DNA of 63,791 bases, filler included, from Rhizaria sp. SCN 62-66 (Eukaryota), in the NCBI GenBank assembly GCA_001724265.1. It is 5 parts of 5 records of this genome, joined end to end, with 100 filler letters (N's around TTAATTAATTAA, not from the genome) between each part and the next. Parts side by side here need not be neighbours in the genome. Positions count along the whole stretch, not along the records: positions 7,735 to 14,463 come from MEDY01000657.1; positions 14,564 to 20,630 come from MEDY01000658.1; 3 more parts are not named here. One strand, written 5' to 3'. Below are positions 10,340-20,730 of this stretch, piece by piece. The position numbers and the translations under genes are program-made. The first letter of the stretch is position 1. Each line of letters opens with the position of its first letter. Below the pieces are notes generated by a model. That model was not told the DNA's origin. It saw only the letters and a list, made by a program, of their open reading frames with translations, and searched no databases.

Positions 10340-13300
10340 TCACAGCTCAGCTGCATCGGCCTCGGTGCCCGCAGTGGCCGCGTCCGCGCCCGCAGTTGCC
10401 GCGTCCGCGCCCGCGTTGGCCGCGTCGCCGTTGTCGCCGCCGTCGGCCTCAGCCTCGGCAGAGCTGGGCTCGGCGTCGCCGTCTGCGACGAGGGGCTCGT
10501 CGTCGCCGCCGTCGCCGTTGTCGACGTTGTCGCCGTTGTCGTCCACGACAGGCAACGCCTGTTTACCGGTGGGTTTCCTGTCACCGCCGGCGGCCGCGAA
10601 ACCCTTGCGTTGCTCGGAGTCCAGCTCCCAGGGCGCGGGCGTAGGGAACATCGTCTCGAAGGTGTCCGCGAGACGGTCCGCGAAGACCGGCGGCGCATCC
10701 CCTTCGATTGCGTCGTTGAGACATACAAACGGTCGTTTGCGGCGGCGGCCCGCAAACATGGACTGGATGTGGGTAAAGAGCGCGTCCGGGTCTTCTAAGT
10801 GCTTGTTCGAGATGCCTAAGTAGGACACCGAAGAGCCCTGGAGGGGGGACCGCGCATGGTACAAGGGACGGTACGGCAAGTGCGTTTGCATCATGACAGC
10901 GCGCGCGAGAGACCATGATAGCAGCTGATCGAACGACATGGTGATGTGAGCAATTTGAGCGTCGCGGTCGGCAGCAAGGGCAGCGGGGGTCACACGGACC
11001 GTGTTTCCGTCATCAGCGTCATTGTTGTCGTTGTCGTTGTTACCGCTCGTTGAGGACAAAGAAGTGGTGGTGGCCAATGTCGTGGGGCGGGGGCGAGGAG
11101 TCGAGCTAGAGCTGGAAAATGAGGTTTGCTTTGATGAGTGGGTGATAACTGACGCAATCTCAATGAAAGCAGCATCCTTTAGATTTGCATTTGCGCTCGC
11201 ACGCGCAGCGACAGTACCAGTAGCAGCTGCAGTGGCAGTGGCAGTGTTCACGTCGTTGTTGTTGTCGTCGTTGTCATCGTCGTCGGCGTCGCTGTCAGAG
11301 CCGGACGCATTGTCTGCCGTTGCCGCAGCGGCAGCAGCAGCATCATCACCCCTCGCCTCATTATTCCCAGCCTCGTTGTCATCGTTGTGATCAGCGGTCG
11401 CAATAACTGTGTTCTCGTCGATCGCGCGTGTCACGGCGTCGCCTCCGGCGCTAACGTCCACATCAGCAATATCGCTGGTTCCGCCGTCGCCGCCGTCGTT
11501 GTCGTCGTCGTTATCGAGCGGGGAGCGGACGTTGGACTCACCGTCGCCGCCGTCGCCGTCGCTGTCATCATCGTCGTCGTTGTTATTGTCCGAGACGTCA
11601 ATGGGCGCAGGGGTAAGGACAACGCCGGACTCGTCGTCGTCGTCGTTGTTATTGTCCGAGACGTCAATGGGCACAGGAGTGAGGACGACGCCGGACTCGT
11701 CGTCGTCGTCGTCGTCCTCGACGTTGCCGGTGCGGCTGCGAGGGGTAATGCCAGTGTCACCAATGGGACTCGCGCCAGCGCCAGTGCTAGAGCCAGAGCT
11801 AAAGCCAGAGCCGATGCCACTCCCAGTGCCAGCGCCAGTGCCGGTGCCAGTTGAGCCGGTGCCAGTGGAGCCGGTGCCAGTGGAGCCGGTGCCGGTCGGA
11901 GCAGCACCGCCAGTCTGACTCAAAGCGCCAGTGCCGGTGCGAGTGCCAGTGCCAATGTTACTCCAAACAGAACTGGAGCCGGAGCTAGAGGCAGGCTGGG
12001 CAATAGTAGAGTCATCCGTCTCGGTCTCGGTCGCAGTTGAGGCAGACCCGGGCTGCTGGCTCTCGGACGGCGGCAGCCGACTCAGCGGGTGCGCGCCTGC
12101 ATGCGTGACTTTAAGGTGGCTGGCGGGCGGGGCGTAGCGGACCCAAGGTGAGGCGAGAATCATGCGCTGGAAGATGGGCTCGGTGAGGAGCTGTTCGACG
12201 GCAAAGACCTCGGTTCCACCGGGGATTAAAGAGGGCATTGTCGGGGCGCGAGCCAGCATCGTGTGCCATGTGCTCGTGCTGAATCGCAAAACAACGAAAT
12301 ATGCGATTATATAACACAAAGTATAAAAATCGAGGTGAGGTCATGATCTTTGATGCAATGCACGAGCAAATTATTCAAAAATAGCAAAAGCAAAATAGCA
12401 AAAGCAAAGTTTAACAAAAATCAAGACTGTGAATCGAGCTTTCTTGTCTTTGCTTGTTTTCGCAGTAATTTCGCATTATGCCATGCAAAATGTGATGTAA
12501 TATGTGGAACGTACCGAGTGTCAGCGTCGGGCGCAGTGCCATTTGGCACACAGAGGAAATCCCACTCACTCATCCTCTGCGGCATCCTCTTGGCGGCGCG
12601 CTTCTGAATGTCCGCAGAGATCTCGGCTTCGGCCTCGGTACGGCACAGGGGCAAGGAGAGGGGTGCGCGGAAGGGCCAGCGGCCGACACGCTCGCGGGAC
12701 GTCACTTTCAAGTACTCAGGGATGATCTGAGCGTGCAAATTTGATAAAAGAGCAAAAAGGAGTAGAATTCGGTGTAAATGTCAGAATAGTGATATAAAAC
12801 TCATAAATAACATTAATTATTGCAAAAATACATTAAATAATACAAATTTGTTTTAAAATAGGTTAAAATAAGTGCTACATAATCATAATACGTACCTGTG
12901 GCTTGAAGAGGTCCTCAAGCAGTGACCGCACCTCAATACCCGTCAACAGGCCATTGCAGTCGAAATCATGCGCACCAAACAGCGCCTGCGCGAGCGAGTA
13001 CAGCGACGGGTGCTTAGCGCCCAGGAGGAAACCGGTCATGGAGTAAGCGCCGGTAAAAGCGCCTAGAGAGAGAAAACAAAGCAACAAAATGCGAAATTAA
13101 ACAACATAGACATGAGCACAGGACAATAAAACGAACCAATATACACAAGTTCTAGAAAGGCATAACAAACCATGATAGAATCATATCATAATAAGTGTAG
13201 ATATCTCATAGATACACAAAGATGTTTTGCTATCGCAAAGTGTGACTCGCACAGTGAGACATACCTGCATGCGCGCGTAGGCGTGCTTGTTGCCGACGTG

Positions 13301-14463
13301 CGGCTTATGGGGCGCCGGCGTATCTACCGGGTTGACCACAAGCTTGCGCATCATCGCCATTGAACGTGCAAGCACACTCTTGTGACTAGCTTCGACCTGC
13401 TTCTGCGGGAGCGAGGACGCGCGGATGAGCCGTTTCGAGTACACGGGCACCCACCAGGCACCCGAGACCAACGGTACGGGCCGCACGAGCCCCGACACCG
13501 ACGGAAACGCGTCGACAGGCCACGATAAAGACGGCGCCGAGGCCAGAGGCAGAGCGCGCTGCTCGGCGGCGAGCGCCAAAGCGGCCGCGTCGCCGCCCTC
13601 CCGCTGGAACACCGCGTACCGGGCCTAAGGGAGATCGCAGAAATGAACAGAGATAACACAAGATTAGTGCAACGCACAATGATAATGTGAATTTCAATAG
13701 AAAATTGTACATAAATATGAAATTTAAACGTTCGATTCTAAAATTCTTTAATATCACATATGTTGACCAAATATAAGATTCTGGGTGAAAGGTTTGCAAA
13801 GAGTAGTTTTCAAGGACAGCAACGAACCTGAGTGGCGGTGTCCGCGTCGTGACGCTCACCCTCACGCCTGTTGTGGTACGATGTGGCGAGCACCGACACG
13901 AGCCAGCCGAGCGACGTGCCGGTCGTGCGGTGCGAGTGGAGCTCCGTGGCAGCCTTGGCGGGCGGCCTAACATACCCTTCGGGGAAGACACCGAGCTCCA
14001 TGGGCGCCTGTTGCGCGATAAAAAGCCCGTCGCTGGCATTGATGCCCGACTGAAAGCGCGCGTAGGCGTTCTCCTCGGTGACCCTGGCGCCCCACGCGCG
14101 CACGTCGCCAATTAGCCCCACGATGATGGTGTACATCGCAGTTTGCTTGCTGAGAAGCTTGTTCACGCGCGCTGCCACAGCCGCATGCGTGTCCCGGACA
14201 ATGTTGGCGTGCTCGGCGGCGGCAGCGCGAAACTTCAAATGTGCCGCCTCGGCCGCGAGGGCTTCTGGGGTGTTCAACCGGCGTGAACGCGAGTTAGAGC
14301 TGGAACTACTGGAGCCGCGGCGCAGAGGCAGTGGCGCGGCAGGGCTGTTGGCCATGCTCACGGTCACACTAATAACACAGTCGCCGCGGTCAAACGCGCA
14401 GGCCTCGACGTCGCAGGCGCTGTCACAGACGCCGTCGCCGGTCCACGCGGCGGGGCAGCCCGG
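10340..14463 (-). CDS. GNPTAB-like Stealth-family GlcNAc-1-phosphotransferase, 5' partial. Exons 14463-13828, 13624-13265, 13062-12896, 12726-12515, 12278-10340
   Basis: LNR/Notch repeat (GCPAAWTGDGVCDSACDVEACAFDRGDC), CR3-like PAPHKPH, EF-hand-like FDCNGLLTGIEVRSL, and Stealth CR4 (FVCLNDAI...FETMFPTPAPWEL). Four GT-AG introns, three phase-consistent. Exon 3 is out of phase (see findings). Stop is TGA. Confidence 0.8.
11571..11715 (-). repeat. 66-nt tandem duplication within coding sequence (DDDDESGVVLTPxPIDVSDNNN x2)
   Basis: tgttattgtccgagacgtcaatggg occurs at 11581 and 11647. Adjacent 15-nt TGTGS-coding repeats lie at about 11835-11895. Confidence 0.85.
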
Positions 14464-14563
14464 NNNNNNNNNNNNNNNNNNNNNNNNNNNNNNNNNNNNN
14501 NNNNNNNTTAATTAATTAANNNNNNNNNNNNNNNNNNNNNNNNNNNNNNNNNNNNNNNNNNNN
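14464..14563. other. Artificial assembly spacer
   Basis: N44-TTAATTAATTAA-N44. Confidence 0.97.
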
Positions 14564-15047
14564 GGGCGCGCAGCAAGGCGAAGCGGTTGTCACTTGCGGC
14601 TGCGACTCGCTCGATCTGGAGAGCGATAGCCTGCTCTGGGGTCTCGAGGGGTGCGCTGGGGGTGTAAGGAGGCGGAAGACCGTCAAGTGGATCGCCTAGA
14701 GTGGTTGCAAGCGCCCGCCAGAGGCTCGGCGGCAAGTTTGCGGGGTTCTTGAGCAAGAGATTGCGTATCGTGACATTATGCGTCAGGCGGCTAACGAAGG
14801 CCATGTAAGAGTAGACGCGCGGCAACGAGTTGAGGTTGAATGGAAAGACAGTATGGAGCGGAGAAGCCGGGAAGTACGCCTCTGGGGGATACGCTGGAGA
14901 GCTGCTGTCAAGAGCGGAGTAGGCGTGTGAGACAACTTCTTCGTCAGCGTAGACGGAGGCGGCGCATGACAGAGGCGGTGTCATTAGACCGAGAAGGAGC
15001 GCTATCAGGGCAAGCAGCGTGCCCATGGCGCCATCGGCCAAGCGCAT
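14564..15047 (-). CDS. N-terminal fragment of a secretory-pathway protein (signal peptide or anchor); possibly the 5' end of the Stealth gene across the gap
   Basis: Hydrophobic MGTLLALIALLLGLMTPPLSCAA. The frame is open into the gap, on the same strand as and upstream of the 5'-truncated Stealth gene. Confidence 0.55.
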
Positions 15048-16009
15048 TGCGTTGATATATAAGACAATACGATCTTGGAAGCCTGGTATCCGCTGAGCCG
15101 GACGTTGTTGCGTTGCGTAGGATGACGGACGTGAGTGATTTCAAAGTTATGGCAGCAGGACTTCGTGAAAATGAGACCTTAAAAGTGCTAAACACAACAG
15201 AAAAAAGGCGATAAAATAACATGATACAGTATCTTAGTTAGTTCGATGGGTTTCTATTCAGTATATCGCATTGAAAACACGATAAAGTGGAGTAAATGTT
15301 ATGAGGATGGCAAGTTGTGACCGTGGAGTGGGGGGTGTTCTGGAAACGGCTTTCACCAGGTGACACAGGCTAAATAACATATCAAAACAGTATGATATCG
15401 TTTCAACGCAAGCAAAAAACTCATATACAATATAGAAATTCACGTTTGGAACTTCAATGATTCATACGACTCGATATCAAAAACACGCGGTTCGCTGAGG
15501 TCTCCTTCGTGGCATTTTTCAGCAAGCTTTAGCGTCACCATACGTCCATCGAGAGGATATAGCAAAAGTTGTACAGATAAGAGTCGCAGAGAACTTTCTA
15601 TTTTGAAATTGTACTTCGAGTTACCCTCCAAATAAGCGAGCATACTGACCTAAAAAGCCACCAGGTCGACAGCTTGACCGGTAGCAGACAGTCTTCGCCT
15701 GCTCACGGTCCCTCCGAGTCACCAGCTAGCTCAAGCGAGGCGATTTGTGATGCAAGATATGCGACATAAAGTTCATTCCCGGAGTTAGCGGTGGAATCAA
15801 GGAGTTTATATTTGTTTAATTACGTTAATTCCAGCATAGACCGTGTTTAGAACTACCATCTAAATACTTTAGCCGCAGCGCAGGAAGCCACCCGGCGCCC
15901 CCGATCGCAACTCCGCGCAGCGCACACAACCTCGACCGCTTCTTGGACCTCACGCACACGCGCTTCACACTCAAGCTCGCCGCCGCCACCGCTGCGAACA
16001 CCGGGGCCA

Positions 16010-16193
16010 TACCCCATCGAGAAGGTCTGGGAGATCGTCAAGACTCAGGTTTCCCGCATGGCGGTCAACTCTCGATAATACGGTGCATCAGTGTCTCGCG
16101 AACTATCCCCTGGAGATAATCGAGAAACTTGTGATTGGTCACGATAAAGTGATGAAGAAGGTTAAGAAAAAAATATATGTGCCAATTAAGTAA
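16010..16193 (+). mobile_element. Relic of a Tc1/mariner-IS630 (DDE) transposase C-terminus
   Basis: YPIEKVWEIVKTQVSR matches the (SPDL)NPIExxWxxxK motif. After a frameshift, NYPLEIIEKLVIGHDKVMKKV resembles the Tc1 C-terminal helices. Not present in the ORF track. Confidence 0.6.
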
Positions 16194-16375
16194 TAAATAA
16201 TAATATGACAGTGATATTAAAATATTACTTCTTAAAAATGTATTTTGGTATCTCGTTTAATGATAAAGTGCTCACTCACTGTTACACTGACTGTGTCTCC
16301 AAAAACATACTAATAGTAGTACGTTGTAATATGTGATGCAGAACCCACAACTCTCTTGAATAAGAAAGGATTCCT

Positions 16376-19300
16376 TCAGTACTCCCTGAAGATGCGCCCG
16401 CCGCCGCCACGAGCGCCGGTGAGACTGGCCAGCGTGGCTTCACTTGTCTCCTCTGCGCCCTCCGCGCCAGTACCAGCACCAGCACCGGTACCGGCACGAG
16501 TGGCCGCGCTCGTGGGGGCGGCGACGCCGGGGCGGGACTGGGAGCCGCGCAAGGCGGTGGCTTCGAAGACGGCCATCTCGTTCAGGTCGTAGGCGCCCGT
16601 GGGACCTTGAAGCTCGCGGATCTCGAGCAGAAGCATGCGCTGGTCTTCAGGCCTCGAGTAGATGAGCGGCTTCTCCACGATGGCGGCGCGCTCCTGGTAG
16701 TCGAGCTCGGACTTGAGCATCACCTCGTACTCGTAGCCCTGGTCGACCAGAAAGCGCTGGCGCTTGGTCGCGTACTTGACCTCGCTCGTGTCGGTCGAAA
16801 TGAGCGAGTAAAAGTACGCGTCGATCGTGCCCGACTTCTTAGACTTCGGGCGTAAAATGCGGCCTGTGAGGCGGAGGAAAAAACAAGAAAGCAAGGGGAT
16901 GGAGTTAGAAGAAAACTGATGATGATGTGATTTGTGAAAAACGTCAGACTGGACAGTTCAACACACACTTGGACAAACACGAGACTTTGTTGAACAATAC
17001 AATGCCAAATTTTAAAGAACAGCAAAACAGCAGAAGCGTTATGCGTACCGAGGCGCTGCGCCTCCTGCCTACGCGAGCCGAAGTGCGCGGAGAGCTGGAT
17101 GATGACGTTGGTGTCGGGCAGGTCGATCGCCGACCTTGGAGATGAAGATGGTGTTAAGCCCGTTGTTGGAGGAGAACTCGCGGAAGATCTCGACGCGCTC
17201 CTGGTCGGGCACGGAGCCGTCAATGAAGGGCCGCTTGAGCCGGTTCGCCAGCAGCTGCAGCGCAACGATTGACTCGCAGAAGATCATGATCTTGTCGCCG
17301 CGACGCTCGTGCGCGCGCATGAGGACCTCCATGGCCATCACCTTCTCCGGGTTCAGCGTCATGAGCAGCAGCTTCTTGTGCGTGTCGGCACCAATGTACT
17401 CGCGAAAGAAGAGCGGCGACATGGGGCACCACACCTCGCGGCACATCACCGTCGCGATGAAGCCCTGCGCGCTGAGGTCTTTCCAGTTGGCCTCGTAGAG
17501 CTTCGGGCCCAGCATGAAGTACAAGTCCTCGATCTTGCTGTCTTCACGTACAAGCGTGGCCGTGAGCCCAAGCTTGCAGCGCGAGTGCGTCACGCGCACG
17601 CACTTGGAGAACTTGTCCGCGGGCGCAACGTGGACCTCATCCAGCAGCACTCCTCCTGCGTGATCATGTCCATCACGGCCTTGGCGGCGTCGGAACGCTT
17701 CTGCTCGAAGGCTATCATCGAGTAGGTCGTGATCACCACCTTGGCGCCCGCGGGCACGGGGTTCTTGTTGAAGCGCGTAAAGGTGCACACGCACTCGTCG
17801 GGCAGATTCGTCCACAGCTTCACCTGGCGCCGCCACTGCTCGACCGCGACGGCCGTGGAACAAAAGATGAGCGTGGAGCGCGCGACGGTGGCCATGGCCG
17901 TGATGCCGACCTTACCAGCGCCGCAGGGCAGCACGATGATGCCCGACCGCGCGCGCCCGTTGCCGAACATCTTGGACAGCGCCTTCTCCTGATACTCGCG
18001 GATCTGCGCGCTGGGCCGCAGCTCCAGCGGTAGCTTGACCGCCGTGCCCGCCGCCGCCTCGGCGCGGAAGTCGTACTCCTCGAGCATGGGGAAGCCCAGG
18101 TCGTTGGAGAGTTTGCGCACCGTCTCGACCTGCGCGGGGTCCACCTCAAATGCAAACACAAACTCGGCGGCGCCCGCGGCCGCGGCGGCGCTCGCGCGCA
18201 CGCGCCGGCTCTTCTTGACGCTTCTACTACCCGCATCAGTCGCGGTGTCATCGTCGTCGGCCTTGGTCTTGCTGAGGGAGATGCTGGTGTCCTCGTCTTC
18301 TTTGAGCATGTTCCCTCGCAAGCGCGCGCGCTTCTGCGGCTGGCCGGCATCGGCCACGCCCGTCTCAGTCTTGACCTTGACGGGCTTAGCCGCCGCCACC
18401 TCGTTGTCATCGTCGTCATCATCGTCGTCGTCGTCGTCGTCGTCGATGACGCGGCGTGCGCGACGGGCCTTCTCCGCGTCGGCCTTGACCTTAGCTTTGG
18501 CCCTGGCAAACATGTCGTCGTCGTCGTCCTCGCTGTAGCGCGGCTGTCGATGCGCTTATTGACGCGCTTGCTGTCCTCCCTGTCACCGCCCTTCGTCGCA
18601 CTGGAGCCACTGGCGTTGCCGTCGTCCTTGGCGTCAAGCTCGCCGGTGCCCTGGAGGAAGATCTCCATGTCGGCCGCGTCGAGCCGCGTGACGAGGAAGC
18701 CCGTCTCGTCATCTACGGCCATGCGCGCGGCGGCCGCGGCCTCGGCCTCGGCGTCGCCGGCGGCCGCGGCCAGGATCGACGAGCGCTTCGAGTAGCTCCA
18801 GTCCGTCTCCTCGGTCTCCGCTGTGGCCGTGCCGGCGGCGCCCTTCTTGGGCTTGGCGTACGCGGCCAGTGACCGGTTGTCCACCCGCGCGGCGGCGATG
18901 TCCGGCGAGGCCAGCAGCTGCTTCAGCACTTCGGGGTCCAGCGCCTCGACGTAGTAGCGCCGGTTCTTCAGCACGAGCTTCACCTTGCCGCAGCGCTCCG
19001 TATAGCGCGTAATAAAGCGCACAACCTAGGGGTCGACCTCGGTCTTGGAAAGCTTGCGCAGGCCCTGGAGAATGTCCTCGGTGTCGAGCCCCAGCGAGGC
19101 GGCGGCGTAGAGTGAGTACTGCGTGATGACGTACTCGTGCACGTACTGCGGCCGCGTCACAGGATCCGAGATCGCGATCATAAAGTCGCACGCCTGCTTG
19201 TACACCGGCGACCAGGACTCGAGGAACACGTGCCGGTTGGGACACACCCAGAGCGGGCGCCGCTCGTGGCTCGGGCGTAGCGGGAGACGGCCGAAGTTGG

Positions 19301-19382
19301 ACTTGAACAGCGCGTCCATTGCGGCCGTGCGCGCCGCGGCGTCTGTCACCACCGTGGAAGGGTCAAGCGCGTCGTCGGACAT
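16376..19382 (-). CDS. XPB: TFIIH DNA helicase/translocase XPB (ERCC3/Ssl2). Intron 16864..17048, in-frame TAG at 19026-19028, four short deletions
   Basis: Motifs [94 protein letters not shown] and [11 protein letters not shown]. Phase-1 GT-AG intron. Stop is TGA. Confidence 0.95.
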
Positions 19383-20630
19383 AGCGAAGGAGCGAACAGG
19401 AGACCGCGTGGGCGAGGCGAGGTTTGACTGTGTGCTTGTGTGTGAATAAAAGTTGTGTGTTGGCTTGTTGTCGAATGCTGGCGGAGTTTTGATCTACAAA
19501 GAAAGAAAATGAGGAAATTACGCAAAGAAAAAGAAGTATAGAATATAAAAGTACGTTTCAATGGTAATACGACGTGTCGTAGCGTTATTGTGGCATATTG
19601 TAACGAGTTATGAACTACATTGGATAAGGTCGTGGTTGTGGTGTCCCGAGACCGAAGATGAGGCTTTGAAATTGAGCCACGCTCACAACAAAGATATGCT
19701 TTCCAAGAGTTGCTAAAATAAGATATAAAAGAAAAGTACAATTAATTCCAGGATCCTTGCGTATAAGGGTAATCTATGATCACAATCACGCGGTGCAGCT
19801 TTGTGTTCTCAATGGCTCTCTGGATCGGCATAGTCACGCAAGATGTACGTTTGTGGTGGCTGGTATTTTTTCACTAGACAAGCTTGATCTTGACGTGAAT
19901 CAGGTCAACGATAAGGTTGTTCAAATATGTAACATAATCGCTATACTTATATACGTTATAGCTTTATTAGACATATCATTCTTGTCAATTCTGACTACTG
20001 TTCATATAGCAGTCATATTTTCATAGATGATTGCTGGATCAACGGTAGCCGTTGCGGCGTGTCAATGCTAACATGTCATTGCGTTACAAGAACACATCTA
20101 ATCACTCAATTTCTATTATAACTCGTAGGGGATTATTACAAACTTAAGATGTAAACATATGGCTTGCTATCTGTACACTATCTACTTAGGACTACCGTGA
20201 AGTTTGTCCCCGCTAGAAGACTCACGTCATCGCGAAGTTGGCGTCAACGCGTCCACAGCAAACCAGAACAAGATCTGAGGGCTTCTGGTGGTAGCAAACA
20301 GACTAGAGCAGAAAGCACATACGTAGGGTTCATAGTACACGGTATCAGTAAAGCTTATGGAGCTCAGCTGGTGGTCAGGAGCAGTAGCTTGCGGGAGGAG
20401 ACAGCGCCAAGTGGGAGAAGCGGCTGATGGTCGAGACAAGCCATCATACAGACCCAATCCGAGCTAGCTAGCAATGCCCAGACTAAACGCACAGTTCATC
20501 CATGAGGCGAACACAAATCCACCTTCAGGGACTGTTACCGTCGACATTCTGCATAAAATTCCAGTCGACAGCTTTTGCCGGTCGCGATTTAAAGGTGGCG
20601 TTTCTTGTGTATACACACTTCGTTTTCCTG

Positions 20631-20730
20631 NNNNNNNNNNNNNNNNNNNNNNNNNNNNNNNNNNNNNNNNNNNNTTAATTAATTAANNNNNNNNNNNNNN
20701 NNNNNNNNNNNNNNNNNNNNNNNNNNNNNN
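20631..20730. other. Artificial assembly spacer
   Basis: N44-TTAATTAATTAA-N44. Confidence 0.97.

Noticed and set aside
17905-17920. GGTAAG at the XPB Walker A as a possible splice donor explaining the lesion
   Set aside because: Sequence is missing rather than extra, and conserved coding sequence continues immediately, so an intron cannot explain it.
20164-20630. Short ORFs before the gap as a possible 5' end of the giant gene or a retroelement piece
   Set aside because: No recognisable motif in the frames I examined, even reading TAG as sense.
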